Shown one piece after another: positions 1-14,425 of a stretch of 64,000 bases of DNA; the first letter of the stretch is position 1; each line of letters starts with the position of its first letter. The position numbers and the translations under genes were made by a program. Origin of the DNA: Prasinococcaceae sp. CCMP 1430 (taxonomy: Eukaryota > Plantae > Prasinodermophyta); assembly GCA_013416795.1 (NCBI GenBank), contig RQSC01000008.1:279582-343581 (forward strand), read 5' to 3'. Below the pieces are notes generated by a model. It was not told the DNA's origin. It saw only the letters and a list, made by a program, of their open reading frames with translations, and ran no database searches.

Positions 1-3000
1 CAACCATGAACCCTGGAGGCGACTTCGGCAAGAAAGAGCTTTCGCCCGCTCTACGCAACCGCTTCAGCGAGGTGTGGGCGCCGCCCATCAGCTCCGCGGA
101 CGACCTTGGCCTGATTTTGCGAGATCGACTTCTTGGTGGTGGCGACGGCGCCGATGCCGGCACGGATGCGGATGGTGTGCCGCTCGCGAGCCTCACGCAG
201 CCTCTCCTCGACTTCTGGGAGTGGTATGACGCATTCGAGGGACGCCCAGCGAGTGCCGTGCTCAGCGTGCGCGATCTACTCGCGTGGGCGGGTTACATCG
301 TTGCCGCCGCTTCAACGCTCGGTGCATGGGGTTCGCTGGTGCACGGAGCCTACCTCGTGCTGCTCGACGGCGTGGGTCTGGGAAGCGGCGCGGGCGACGC
401 AGCGATAGCTCGCCTGCGTACCGAAGCTCGGCGCAAGCTCTTCAGCCTGCTACCCGCTGATGTCGCCGAGGAGCTCGCGCGCGATCCAGCACTCATGGAG
501 GCCAGCGAGCACAGCGCGGCGGAGGATCGTCAGACAAGCGGGGGTGATGGTGATTGCATGGAAGTAGACGCGGACGGCGTTGGGGTGGGTCGCTCCCAGG
601 CGGCGGCAGTCACGCCTGCTGGTATGTTTGGCTCTGCGCCCTTCTTCATTCCGCTCGGTCCGCTCGCGCAGGCGGTGCAAGGCAACACCACGCGGACCGG
701 CGCAGATGCGGCCATGGAATCGGTGGCAGCGGATGCTGAGACGAGGGCGCGGCGGCGCGCGGCCGCGGCGGCGTTTGATATGGCGGCGCCCACGGCGGCG
801 CGTTGCGTGCGCCGGCTGCTGCGCGCGCTGCAGCTGCCGCGTGCGGTGCTCCTGGAGGGTTCGCCCGGCGTGGGCAAGAGCTCGCTCGTGGCGGCTGTTG
901 CAGCTGCAAGCGGCCACGAGCTTGTGCGCATCAACCTGAGTGAGCAGAGCGACATCATGGATCTTCTGGGCACCGATCTCCCAGTCGAGGGTGGAAAGCC
1001 CGGAGATTTCCGCTGGTGTGACGGCGTGCTCCTTCGCGCTGTGAAGCGCGGCAGTTGGGTGCTGCTCGATGAGCTCAACCTCGCACCGCAGGCGGTGCTG
1101 GAGGGCCTCAATGCGCTCCTCGATCACCGCGCCGAAGTGTACATTCCCGAATTGGGGCGCTCGTTTGCATGCGCTCCTGGATTTCGTATCTTCGCCGCAC
1201 AGAACCCGCTCCAGGAGGGCGGCGGTAGGCGCGGTCTGCCAAAGTCCTTCCTCAATCGCTACTCGAAGGTCGCTGTGGAGGCTTATAGCGCCGCCGACTT
1301 CCGCTTCATCGTTCGTTCACTGTTTCCGCAGCTGAGCCACGCGCTCGTGGCCCGCATGGTCGACTTCAACTCAGAACTGCTGCGCGCCACCATGGTGGAG
1401 CGGAGATTTGGCCTGGAGGGCGCGCCGTGGGAGTTCAATCTGCGCGACCTGCTGCGGTGGGGGGAACTCGCCACAGGGTGCCGAGCGGGGCAGGGAGCGC
1501 CTGGCGCTGACGCCGAGTGCGCCGACGAAACAGGTCACGCCACGGGTGTCGACGTCGAGACGAGTGGCACAAAACTCGAGGCTGCGCTTCGATTGAGCTT
1601 GCTGCACGCAGCGCCGCTGATCTACCTCGAACGCTTCAGGAACGCGCGCGACAGACATGCCGCGCGCATGCTGCTGGACGCGGCCTTTGACGCGAGCAGC
1701 TCGGGTGGTGCGCTGGCGCAGAGTGCCTGCATCACCGTGGGTCCAAACGCGGTGTGCACAGGGCCTGTGTCGCTTCCACGCCGCGCGGCCTCGGAACGCC
1801 TCTCGCCGCCAACGGCTGCCTCGCAGGCCGCTGCACGGGCACTGCTGCCGCTGTCGTGCCAGGCAGGTGCGCTGCGCGCCAGCATGTGCGCGCTGCGGGA
1901 GGGCTGGATGGTGCTGTTGGTGGGAGGCTCGGCGGTCGGAAAGACCGCGCTCGCGCGCTCGTGCGCGGCGCTCGCTGGCCGTCGGCTGCACGAGCTGAGC
2001 CTCACGGCATCGACGGATACCACTGAGCTGCTGGGATGTTTCGAGCAGGCCGACGTATCTGTCAACCGTGCAAGGCTCGCCGAGCGCGTGCGGCGACTGG
2101 CGCACGGGCTCGCCGACGCTTCTGCAGCAGCTCTTGCTGATGCTGGCACTCAAGACGCACGTCTCGATGTCGATGCGTGCCTGCGAGCGCTCGCTGAGGC
2201 AGAGAGTGCGCTGCTTGCAATTGCTCGCGCGGATTCGAATGCGGACAGCGTCAGCACGGTGCATGCAAAGCCCGCGAGGACTGCCACCCAGCAGGCAGCC
2301 CAGCACGCGGCCGCGCTTTGCACGCTCGAGAGCGCCATTGCATCTATGCGTGCTGGTGTATCGCCGGCACTTTGGGGGGATGAAGCCACCGCCGAGGCGG
2401 TCGCAGTAGCTGGTGATGCTGCGAAACTGCGCGCAACCCTTGAGGCCTCGAAGGGTGCCGCCGCTTCGGGAGCCGGGCGATTCGAGTGGGTTGACGGCGC
2501 AGTGGTGCGTGCGGCTGTCGACGGCGACTGGCTGCTCCTCGACAATGCCAACCTGTGCAACGCCGCCGTTCTCGACCGCCTCAACCCATTGTTCGAGCCC
2601 AACGGTGAGCTCCTCCTACCCGAGCGTGGCCTCGTCAACGGTGAGGTCGTGCGCGTGCGACCGCACAGTGCCTTCCGCGTGCTGCTTACGGCCGACCCCT
2701 ATGTGGGTGAGCCAAGCCGCGCGATGCGCAATCGAGGGCTTGAGGTGTGTGTGCTGCCCGCTGTAGGCACCATTGGGGACGACAGGACGGGCGCGAGAGA
2801 TGCCGGAGCCGAACACGCCAACGTGTCCGCTCCAGGCGACGCGCAGCTGGACGCGGTGGCGCTGCTCATGGCTGCCGGCGTCCCGTCGCGTGTGCTTGCT
2901 GAGGCAATGCTGGACGCGCACGCCGCTGCACGACGGGCTTGCGTTCGCACGGCGGGCCTTTCGCGTGCGCCGGGACAGCGCTCGCTCCTTGCGTGGGCGG

Positions 3001-6000
3001 AGCTTCTTGGGGAGCTCGTGGCCCGAGGAGCGCGCGTGGCACAGGGCGTGCGATCAAGTTGGGAGCAGGTCTACGTACGCCCAGCGCCCAGCGTCACGCG
3101 CGCGGCGCTCCTTGAGGTGCTCAATGAATCGCGCCTCGCACGTGCGCTCGAGGCCCTCTCTGGCGACGAACAAAGCGGTGCCAACGGGATGCTTTCGTCA
3201 CCTGCTGCGTCGAGCGTGCTCGGCTGCCCTGTCACCGGCGGTTGCGCCTCCCTGTTTGCGCTGCTGCTTGGCAGTGGGCCAGGTGCAAGGATGGCGCACT
3301 GTGAGCGAATGCTGCCGCTGATGGACCCCGGTCGCTGGCCCTTCGCTTGGTCTATCGATGTTGCCTCCGAGGACGCACGCATGGCTGCGGTCGTGCGCGA
3401 CAGCTCATCGCTGCTCCGATTCGTCGCCCTCGCATGCAATGCCGACGGCCACGACCGTGGCTCCTGCGACAGCGGCGCGTTGACGCAACTATCACTGCCG
3501 ATGTGCGCTCGTGGAGATGATGCGTCGAGCTCCGTGCGTACGTGGGATCCACGCGCGTGCGCACACGCGGTGTCGGTGGCCGCGAAGCACTTCATGGAGC
3601 GTGCGTGCCGTGCAGACTTGCCGCTACGCCTCGCGTGGCTTGGTGTTCTTGCGAGCATTTTGGACACCGGCACCACTGGCGAAGCGCGGAACAGCTTGCC
3701 CGTCACAAGCGCCGACGCAGATGCGGCAACGGCGTGTGCCGAGTCGCTGTTGTGCCCGCACTCGGCGACTGCTGCCGCTGTGCGTGCTCTTCGCGACAGC
3801 GCTTTGGTTGAGGAGCGTCTCGGCGGCGTGCCCGATGCCGCCGCGAAGGTCGTCGAAAGTGTCACCGATGCGTTGAAGGTGATGGGCTTTTGGATGTCCG
3901 CGGAGGACGTACGGCTTGAGGTGCGCTCTGCTATCCAAGTCGATACAGAGCACGGAGGTGCTGGGGCGTCTGCGAGTGCAGTGTCTGGCGCCGCGCTCGC
4001 CGTACCCGTGCTCGCCCGCTTGGGTGTATACGAGCAGGCCGACTCGCTGTACGCTGCGGCGGAGGAGGCAGGCGCTGCCATGAGGATCGCCCGCGAAGCA
4101 GCGCGCATTGGGCTTGCCGAGGAGCGCGCGCTCGCAGAGTGTGGCGTGGCAAGCGAGGGTGCGCTCGCAGAGTGTGGACTCGCGCGTTCCGTGCGTGACA
4201 GTGCGACGAATCGTGGCAGCGCCAAGCGCAAGCGTGGCTTACCGAGCGCTACCGCCCTTGAGAAGCCGCTTGCGCCGCTCCTTCGCAGCGTGGCCGCCGT
4301 CGTCATTGAGGCCGCCGAGCACCTTGCACGCGACGAGACCCATGTATCCGCACGTGAGGGCATACATTCGCTCGCAAAGCTCAACGAATGGCGCGCTCTC
4401 CTTCTGGCATGCGCAGTGCGTGGACCGCTTGACGCGGAAAGCTTCGCGCCGCTGTGGGACCGCTACAGCTCAGCGCTCGTTGGCACGCTGGATGTCGCCT
4501 TCGGAGGAGGCACCCACGTGCGGGCGCAAACACGCGCGTCGCTTGAGGCGCGGGCGGCGGCCGCCGAAATTTCCACCGCATTGCGTGCTCTAGCACCCCC
4601 ATGGGACCCGCTGCTCCTGTTGCATGGTGGCAGACCCACGCCGCCGCGTAGTTTGGTTCTCGGAGAGAGCATCGCCGCTGCACGAGCGCACTGCGACGCT
4701 CTCGCGTTGTCGCTGGGTGACGCGGGCTATGCGTCCGCGGCTGGATCGGAGAGCGTTGGCGACGATGCGTCATTTGATATCAACGATGTCGCCGCGCGCG
4801 CGGCGGCACTGCAGCCGCGCGCAGCGCCGTGCTTTGCGGCCGACGCTGCACTGCGTGGCGCACTCGCGCGCGGGCTGTGCTTGGTGCGCCAGACGGCCAC
4901 GGCCAGCTCGTTGGACGATTTTGACGCCGCGGGTGAGAGCGCTGCCGCTACCGCCGACGCCGAAGTGCAAGTGTCGGAGCTTGTGCGCCTTCTCGGCGAG
5001 CAGGTCGCCGCCGCCTCCTCGCGCTTGTCGTCTGTCCCGAGCATCAGCACGTTGCCTCTCCAGGAGGAAGGTTGGGTGACGCGGGTGAGCGGACAGGCCG
5101 GCGGTGGTGGCCTGCCTCTCGCCGCGCGCGCCTTCCCCCCCGAGCTGCTGAGGTGGGGGGTATGCCGCGCGATGCAGCGCGATCTTCAGCCCCTCGCCGA
5201 CGGACTGGTGAGCGGCGAGGCGTTGCGCGTGCTCGCGCGTGCTAGCGACTGGCTCGCTACTGGCACGGACGTATGGTCGGAGGAGGGGCTGGCACGTGTT
5301 CGCGTGCTTGGCACTGCTGCCGAGCGTTTGGTGCGTGTGGCGCAGGAAGCGGCGACGCTGCCTCCGAGCGCGCTCGCGCCTGCTCAGCAACTTGCCTGGC
5401 TGTGCGCCATCTGCGTGGATACGCCCGCCCCAAGCGCAGGGAGTGACATCGCGCGCGAGCGTACCGAGCAGGCGGCCGAGGTTGTACACGATCTGTGGGT
5501 TGGCCTTTATCAGGCAGTATGGGGCAGCGCTTTGGCGGTGTTGCCAGCGAGTTCAGTGCGGCCGCCCTACGCGGGCGATGCGTGCACGCCTGAGGGAGCC
5601 TCGTGGGACCCCGCTGACTGGTCTGCCCGCCGATGTGCGGGTCCGCCGCGCGTGTACCTGTCCTGGGCGACGCTGTGTTTACGTCGCATACTTGGCGGAG
5701 GCAGTGACTCGGGGGCAGGTACCGCTGTGAGCAGCGCACGTGCCAAGGCTATGCAGCTGCGCCTTGCGGCGCGTTACCTCTGCGACGCACTCCAGAGCTG
5801 CGACGGCCTACAGGATGGCAGCGGAGCCCCCGACAGCTCGCCTGGCCCCCTTGATGTACCAGATCACGTGCGCCCAGGTGACTTTCGCGACCTGGGTGCA
5901 GATCTTTCGGCGTTGGGTGCACAACTCGCAGCAGTGTGTCGCGCCCACGCGACCGCCGTCGTCGAGGGGACAGGGAGTCGCGGGGTGCTCTTGCACGCTA

Positions 6001-9000
6001 TCAATGAGCTCGCGCACTTTGCGGCCATCGGCGTACGCGAGTGGGCGTCCGCTTCGTCTTCACAGGCGGCCGCGGCTGCGACAGGCCGCCTGCTAGGGGT
6101 GCTTGCCGACGACAGCGCGTGTACGCACCCTGGCATCGCTGAGGCAGCTCGCGAGGGCGGCGCACTGAAGCTCGCACTCGAGGCGTGGCACGCTGCCGCA
6201 GCAGCGTGCACACGCGGTGGAGACAGCGTGGCGGGAGCGATCCCCGAGGTTGATGCTTTCCAACCGCTGCTGCTTGCGGGCCGCTCGTGGGCCCTGCTCG
6301 GTGCTCTACGCCTCTCGCTGGTGGTGCCGCCCACGCCAGTGGACCCCGCCGCGAAGTACACACACGAGTGCTCAAGTCAATCTGCGCTCGAAGCGGACGC
6401 TGCTCGCGAGCTCGGTCTGCGTGACGCCATTGCCCGCGAGGGCGAGGGCGAGGCGGACGTCGCAACTATTGCGGAGCTGACCCTGCGACGATCGCAAGCG
6501 GAGGCGTGCGCAGTTGCGGCCGCGCGCGATCGCGCGCCGCGTCCGGCGAGCCCAAAGTATTCTGGCCTGCACGCGGATCTACGCCGCTTCTCGCAGAGCG
6601 TCGCGTCGCCAGCGGCTGTGGCTGCGGCAGTCGATGCTGGTGGCGTTGGTGCCGATGACGCTTCCGTGGCGTCCGCCTGCGCTCGCGCGGACGTGCTCGT
6701 GTCGAGCGCAACACAGCTCGTGGAGCGTGTCAGCCGCACGTACGCGACGCACTACGCAGACGTAGCAGCTCCCGCTGTTCGCGCGGCGCTGGAGCTGAGG
6801 CATGGCGTGGCGCTGTGGAGCTGTGCTGCGGCCGCGCAGCGCTCGGCTGAGCCTGCCTCGCGTGGCACGCTGGAACGGGCCGTTGTTTCGCTCATGAGCT
6901 ACCCTGCTGGCAGCACCAGCGCGTGCGCGCGCGCGCAGGGTTCCCTGCACCCGCTGGTGGAGCCGCTGGTGAGTGGGGAGCTGCACAAAGCCATCGCGCA
7001 GCTTCAGTCGCGCCGTGCGGAGACTGACGATGCGGATGCCGACATGGGGCTCGAGCTGGGTGCAAGTCGCGCCGCCGAGCGTCAAAGGCTCGATGAGGGT
7101 GTGCGGACCGCGCGTACCTCCCTCTCTTCGCGTGCTGGACTGCTTCAAGTAGCCCTCGAGCGCTGCTCGCACGCGCTGGGTTCAGCGCCCGCCGGCGGCG
7201 CGGATGCGTGTCTGGTCGGCGCGCATGTAGCGACGTCCAGACAACTCGTGTCCCTTTGGGAGGAGGCCAAGGACGCCGAGGCCCGTTTTGAAGCAGAGCG
7301 TGATTCGATCTACAAGAACAAGCCGGCGACGCATGCTGCTCCAGATGATGACGCCATGGCCGAAGCTCGCTTCCAGCGAATGTTCCCCGACCACACCGGC
7401 GATTTTGCTGACTTGCTGGATGCTCCCGACTCGCTCGAGGCCTCTGGTGCGCCGCAGCAGCTGAGCGGGCGGGCGGCCGCAGAGGCGGCAGCGCGCAAGG
7501 CGGCGGTGGCAGCCGCGGCCGCCGAGATGGATGAGCGCGCCGGCCGTCTCCGGGCCTCGATTGAGGACGGCGAGGCGCTGCGCGCGGTCGTACGCATGCA
7601 TGCCACTGTCTTTGGCGGCCTCGCAGACGGAGATGAGCACGATGCTGGCGCTAGTAGCGGGGAGCCTGATGTCAAGCACAAGGCGGGCGCTGCGCCTCGT
7701 ACCAGCGGCGCTGGGCGGGATGGGGGCAGTGGCGATTCTGATGGTGGTGTCGACGGCGGCGGTGCGCGCTCAGAGGACGAGTCTTTCGTTGCGGCGTACG
7801 ATGCGGCTGCATCGCTGCTGCCGCTCCTGGGAGACGCGCTGCCACCCGCCCTCGATGTGCGAGTGGCCGACGGCCACGTCGTTCGCGCGTGTCTCGAGCA
7901 CCGCCGCGTGCTGCGCGGATATTACACGCAAGCTGCGGAGGACGCAGCGCGCTTGGACACGAGCGCGGGCGCGGCGGCCAAGACGCGCGTGCACAAGGGC
8001 AAGCGTGGCATGCTCAGCGTCGGGTTGCCCACCATGAACATCAACACCGACAGCAACCCGTCAGAGGCGGCCATGCTCGGTCCGATGGTGGTCTCAGTAC
8101 AAGAGCGCGCCGTCGAGCTGCTTGAGGAATTCGAGGAGCACGCTGTACTGCAGCAACTCGTGGCCATTTGTGTTCGCGTGGCGGACCTGCCGTTGTCTGC
8201 TCCGCTCGCCAAGCTGCTCACCGGCGCCGAGCTGTTGCTTGCGCGCGCACAGCTATGGGAGGAGCTCGCCGCGCGTCACGTTTCAATTGCGGAGCGGCTC
8301 AAGCCAATCGAATTGCTAGTGAAGAGGTGGCGATCCATCGAGCTCAAATCGTGGCCGGGACTGCTGGACACTCGTGAAGCTGCGGCATCCCATGGGACTG
8401 CGAAGTGGTGGCTCCATATGTGGAGCCTGTTTCACACGTACGTGTCTGGCACGGAGAGCAGCGACTCGGTCAGCCTCGAGGAGGTATCACACTCAGTCGA
8501 GGAGTTTGCACAGCGCGCGACGTTGGGAGATTTCGGCTCGCGCGTGGAATTGCTGCGCGCTTTCGAGGCGGAGATGCGCGTGCTTGCGCGCATGCCGGGG
8601 GCGGCTAGCGCGGAAGCCACGGGGGAGCACAAGCACAGCTCGGGGCGCGCGGCCACGCTCGCTGCCGTGCTTGGCAATGCAGCAAGGTACTACGAGCGCA
8701 TGGCCGACGGCGTTGCGGCCGCGATCAGCGAGGCACGTGCGCCCATTGAGGACGAGCTGAAGGGCTTTTGCAAGCTGGCACGCTGGGAGGATCGGAACTT
8801 CTACGCGCTGAAGGCAAGTGCCGATCGCGCGCACTACACGCTGCACAAGTTTACGCGCAAGTACGACGAGGCACTAGCGGAGCCTGCTGCCGCGGCTCTA
8901 AACAAGACGCTGGAAGCAGTGGGTGCGCAGGGGCTTGCGGCTGTCGCAGATGAGGCCCGCGCGGGCCTTAGCGGTGCAGCCGTTCGCGTGGTCTCAGAGG

Positions 9001-12000
9001 AGGAGCTCGCCACGCGCGCGCGCGAGGCCACGGACGGCGCATGGCGCTCATTTGCAGCGGACAATGCCAGCGTGCTTTCGCGCCTGGCGGGCGCCGGAAC
9101 CACACGGAGCACGGATTCGAGCGAGGCCCTTTACCAGCACCGCCTGCCGCACGTGCTCAAAACCGCGCAGCGGCTCATGCTCACAAGTGCAGGTGGCAGC
9201 GCGACAGGGTCGTCGGCATCAACGGATAACGCATCGGCCGCGCGCGCGGGCGCGCCCATCGCAGTAGGCGCAGTGGCCATGGATGGCCTTGCTACCGCCG
9301 TCATCGAGCGCGCTGCCTCCTTGCGTGCAATGGGTGAGGCAGAATCGGACGGGCAGAAGCGCATCGCGCGCTCGGCCAAGCGCAAGGCGCTCGCGGATCT
9401 GCTGCGTCGCCTGGGCGAGGTCGGTCTCGGCCGCCGCAAGGGCGGCGCGCGTGACCCACTCGCGCATTGGACGGCGCGCCCCGTGCCCGACACGGAACGC
9501 GCCCTCGGATGGTGTGGTGAGGCGCTTGTGGCCACTGGCGCGCTCTCACGCGAGGAGGCTGTGCGCGCCAAGGGGGCCGCCACCAAGGGCACGAGGTACT
9601 ACTACGCGGCCATCGCCAACATGCAGGCGTTGCGAGCTGCGTACGACGGTGGGCACCACCCCGAGCTCAGCGGGCGTGAGGCCGCAGCGGGCATCTCTGC
9701 CGCTGAGGGGCTGCTCGAGCGTATGCAGGAGCAGCGCAGCGCCATGGTTGAGGAGCTCGGCGAGTTCGCACAACTCGACGAGGCGCTCGCGCTCGCGCAT
9801 CGCGTCGGCGAGCACGATTGCGTCGTTGGTGGGGCGGGCGCGGCTAGGGCGTGTGTTGTTTCGGCCACGAGCACGGCGCAGGCGTGCGCGCGGGCACGGG
9901 CGTGCGCGCGCGCATGTGTGCGCGCATGTGGCGCGCTGATCGCCACGGACGGCGAGGCCGCTTCCGGTGGCGTCGCAGCCAGAGCGTCCGAGGACGCACG
10001 CGCCATCGGCGGTGCCCTCGAGGATGCTGGTGACGCGCTGCGCTACGCCCTTCGTGCTGATGGTGTGCGCTACATCGGCGACAACTTCAGCAACACCCCC
10101 GACGTTGTCAGCCGCGCTCTCCATTCCGCCGCAGAAGGAGCGCGCGCCGCGCTGTCGAAAGCACGCGATCGCGCCCGCGCGGTACCGCAGAGCTATGCCG
10201 CAGCGCCGTGTTGGTCGGCGCTGGCATGTGCGCTCAATGATGCCTTTGCCGACAGCACGTGCGACGTGGGCGCTGTGAAAGCCGAGGTGCACGACCCCGC
10301 AGACGGCGGCGATGGCGCGGTCGAGTGCGTGGAGGAGTGCGTCAAGCAGGTGATGCTCGCGACACAGGCAGTTGCAGCGCATCGCGCGCGCGGGGCGGCG
10401 GCGCACTCGCGCCGCCAGCGGGCGGCAGACGCGCGCGCGCGGGCTGCCCAGGCGCGCGAGAGAGCACGCGCCGCGGCTGAGGCCAAGGCCAAGGGCGCCG
10501 AGGCTGACGTGGCGGGCAGCGACGAGCCCGCCAACGCGAGCGACGAGGATGAGCAGGCAGAGAGTGTGGGCACTGTGCAGGAGTGGGACGCCGACGCGCT
10601 GGCACTCTGGTCTGCGCTACGCCCCGCGCGCGTGGCGACATCCGCGCGCCGCGCGCTGCGTGCGATCGCCTCGGACGTCTCACTGTCTCCGAACGCGCGA
10701 TCGGAGCGCGCGGCGCAGCTCGCATGCTTGCTCGCGCCGGTGCGTGCGTGCGCGTTCGGCGCACTCGCGGACTTCATGGCCGCGCACAAGGCTGCTGGCA
10801 AGCTGAGCTATGTGTTGTGCAACCTTTTTGTGTCGCTCTGCAAGGAGGGCTTCTGCACGCCGCAGGAGCAGGCGGAGGGTGACGGCGCGGACGGTAAGAT
10901 GGTCGAGGGCGATGGGACGGGCATGGCCGACGGCACCGGCACCAAGGATGTGGGCGATGAGATCGACAACGAGGATCAGCTCATGGGTACCAAAGATCAG
11001 GAGAAGCAAGACCAACCCGAGCAGCAGGAGCGCGATAAGGACGAGGAGGACAAGGGCGTTGAAATGCAGCAGGACTTCGAGGGCGCCATGGAAGACATTT
11101 CTGAGGATGAGCAAGAGGATGCCGACGATGACCAGGAGGACGGCGACGATGAGGACCGGCTTGACGACATCGTGGGCGAGGCGGGGGAGGACGCCGAGGT
11201 CGTCGATGAGAAGCTTTGGGACGAGAAAGAGGACGAGCGCACCAATCCGCAAGATGAGAAGTATGAGGAGGGCAAGACTGCGCAGGCAGGCGAGCAGGAG
11301 CTTGAGTACCGCGGCAAGGACGACCCGGACGCCGATGACGACGCCGACGAGAAAGGCGAGGATAAGGGTGAGGACAAGGAGAAAGACGAGCCGGAGGACA
11401 TTGACGTGGACGAACAGCAGGCTGGCGAAGAGGAGGGCGACGCGCCCGACCCAGATGGCCCTGGCGTTGAGCAGTCCCACGGCTTCAACCTCGAGCAGGA
11501 GGAAGAAATGGATTTGCCTGAAAACATGCAGCTCGATGGCGACGAAGCCGGGGAAGACGATGGTGACGATGCCGCGGATGGTGATGACGAGGCAGGTGAC
11601 GGCGGCGAGGAGGATGGGAAAGCCGGCGAGGACGACGGCGGCGCGGCGAGTGACGGTGGCGACGATATCAAGGAGGACGCAGCAGCGCTTGACGGCGAGG
11701 AGAAGGAGGAGGAGGCTGACGGAGAGGACCAAGAGAACGTCCAGACCGAGCCTGCCGCTGATGAGGCCGACCAGGAGGATGGGGAGGACGAGCAGCCAGA
11801 AGGTGATGAAGGCGGCCACGACGCGCGTGAAGCTGGCGGTGAGGACGAGGACGAGCCTGAGCCTGAAGGCGAAGACAATGGCGACGGAGTGACCGCAGCG
11901 GGGCGCGAGCGCGGAGAAGACGACCAGGAAAACGCGGCGGGAGCGGGCACCGTGGACGAGCTTCCCCAGGGTGTCGACCTGCCGAGCGCCCCGCAGCGCG

Positions 12001-14268
12001 CAGATGCCGCGAGCGCTGCGGTGGCCACGGCGAGCGGCGCACAGGCTGGCGACGGCCAGCGCGCGAGCGGCGACCAGGCCAAGGAGGCCGCGGGTGCGAA
12101 CGCAGAGATGCCTGAGGGGGACGCGGCAGGCGATGACGCAACTGGCGAGGATGACGCCAACGAGGGCCGCCGCGCACGTCTGCAGGACGATGCCGGCGCG
12201 CGTGAGGATGCTGGCGGCGAGCAATCGCAGCAGCGGCGGGATGCCGCGATGGCCTCCGAGGCCAATCCTTACCGCAGCCTGGGCGACGCTACTAAGCAGT
12301 GGCGCGACGCACTGCCTATGGTCGCGGACGCCGTCGAGGCCGGGGAGGACGAGCCGGAGGGCGCCGACGGCGATCCTGAGGCTGAGGGCGACGAATTTGA
12401 GTTCGCGGGTGCCGATGACAAGCGCGGGGGCAGGCAGGTGATGGCTGCTGCCACCGAGGAGCAAGCGGCTGCCCAGCTGAAGGACGCCGAGGACGGCGAG
12501 CAGGAGGATCGCATGGCCGTCGATGGCGAGGAGGATGGAGGCGCCGAGGACGCCGACGCCGCGATGGTCGATGCTGATGCTGAGCGCACGGACACTGACC
12601 CCGATGCTGACGGCGAGGCTGAGCGCGGCGAGGCGGTCAAACGCCGTGCGCAGCCAGCCACCGCCGCCGATGCTAACGCGCGTGACGCACCCGCGGGTGC
12701 CACCGATGCAGCGGGCGGCGTGGCCGAGGGCGAGGCTGAGGAGGGCGCCAAGTCTCTGCACGATCTCCTGCGCGAGGACGCCGAGCGCGAGGAGGATCAT
12801 GCGGCCGATGCGGCCGCCGCCGGGGACTTGGCGCTCGCGAAGGCCGTGTGCGAGCGCCTCGACCTGGACGCCGACGTGCCGGACGCCCTGGACCCCGACG
12901 CAGGCGCCGCTGCGCTCGCTGAGTACCGCCGCTCGCAGGCAGAGGGCGCGCTTCAGCGTGCTCAGGCTGGGGGCGAGCAATCTGAGGCCGACATGGAGCT
13001 TTGGCGTTCGGCTTGGCGAAAGGTGCGCTCGTTGCGCGGCCGTGCCCCGCGGCGCGCGCGCAAGTCTGGTCGCTCGCGTTTGCGCCTGGCCTGGAATCCA
13101 AAGTCCCGAGTTGAAACACATCGTGTACCCACAGCTCGCGTATGGTGCTGAACACACCGACTCTTGAACCTTGCCTAGAGGAAGCCCGCACTGCGGGCGC
13201 GGCCCCTCAGCTGTTTGACACGAGTGGCGGGTGTAATGCCCGCCGCGATGACCGCCAGACCGTTCAGGGGCCCTACATCGCGACGCACTGCGCTCGCGGA
13301 AACGAGCGCGCATGCGCTCGGATGTGCAGGTGCTGCCGCGCACTGCCTCCCGTGCCCCGTGCGTGACGCTGACCTGCGCGTGCGCTTCGCTCCCAATGCC
13401 ATTCTGCTGTCATCAGTACGAGAGTCTCACCGCGGGTGCGGCACAGGAGCTCACGGAGCAGTTGCGCCTCATCCTGGAGCCGACGCTCGCTGCTCGTCTG
13501 CAGGGCGACTTCCGCACGGGCAAGCGCATCTCAATGAAGAAGGTCATCCCTTACATTGCCTCGCAATTTCGCCGTGACAAGATTTGGCTGCGGCGCACGC
13601 GGCCATCCAAGCGCACATACCAGGTGGTGCTTGCGGTGGACGACTCGCGTTCCATGCGCGAGAACGCGTGCGCGCCGCGCGCAGTCGAAGCGCTCGTGAC
13701 GCTCGCGAAGGCAATGGCGGCGCTTGAGGTGGGCGAGGTGGGCCTGGTGGCTTATGGCGGGCCCGAGCGTGAGCAGGGCGTGCGCGAGCTGCACTCACTC
13801 GGCGCGCCGTGGAGCGATGAAGCAGGCGCGAGGGCGCTCAGCCAGCTCACCTTCGCCCAGGACAACACCATCGCCGACGAGCCTCTCGTGGCGCTCATGC
13901 GCCACCTGGGCACCATGTTGGACGACGCAGCGGCGCGGGCGCCGCGCAAGGGCGACAGCGCGCTGCACCAGCTCACGCTGGTGGTATCGGACGGGCAGGT
14001 TCACGAGCGCGGCGCACTTGCCGCGCTCATCCGCGAGGCGCAGGCCAAGGGACAGCTCATCATCCTCGTCATTCTAGACGCCAATCCAGAGCAGTCGCTG
14101 CTCGAGCAGAAGAGTGTGAGCTTCGAGCGCGGCGTGCCCGTCTTCAAGTCCTACCTGGACAGCTTCCCCTTTCCTTTTTACACGGTATGCAGGGACGCCA
14201 AGATGCTGCCAACGGTGCTCGCCAGCATCCTGCGCCAGGCGGTCGAGATGTCGACGTCCTCGATGTAG
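1..14268 (+). CDS. MDN1: Midasin / Rea1 AAA ATPase (5'-partial); exons <1..13022 and 13417..14268
   Basis: Tandem AAA modules (LLEGSPGVGKSSL, WVLLDELNLA, FAAQNP, WEFNLRDLLRW, WLLLDNANLC), long linker, D/E-rich tract (~10900-12900). The C-terminal MIDAS/VWA domain (GKRISMKKVIPYIAS, DDSRS, VSDG) is joined by a phase-0 intron giving AWRK|YESLT. Confidence 0.97.
13023..13416 (+). other. Spliceosomal intron in midasin (394 nt)
   Basis: AAG|GTGCGC donor, GCTGAC branch ~45 nt upstream of CATCAG|TAC acceptor; splicing restores the frame to the VWA exon. Confidence 0.9.
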
Positions 14269-14425
14269 GATATACAGTACATATATGTAAGCTAGTGTCG
14301 TGTTGTACCATCATTGCTAAGTATGTGCGGTATCTTGCGCTTTCGCGTGCGTGCGAGGGCGTGCCCGCGTCATGGGGCGCCCATTGGCTGGGTCGCAACG
14401 GCCGTCACGGCGGCGCAATCGGAGG

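Noticed and set aside
10680-13343. 887-aa and 422-aa minus-strand ORFs and many other long antisense or alternate-frame ORFs across the window
   Set aside because: Shadows of real genes caused by high GC and stop-codon scarcity; low-complexity R/A/P/S sequences with no motifs.
13245-13375. C/D-box snoRNA in the midasin intron (GCGATGA...CTGA)
   Set aside because: Imperfect C box, the CTGA coincides with the branch point, and no rRNA complementarity could be verified.
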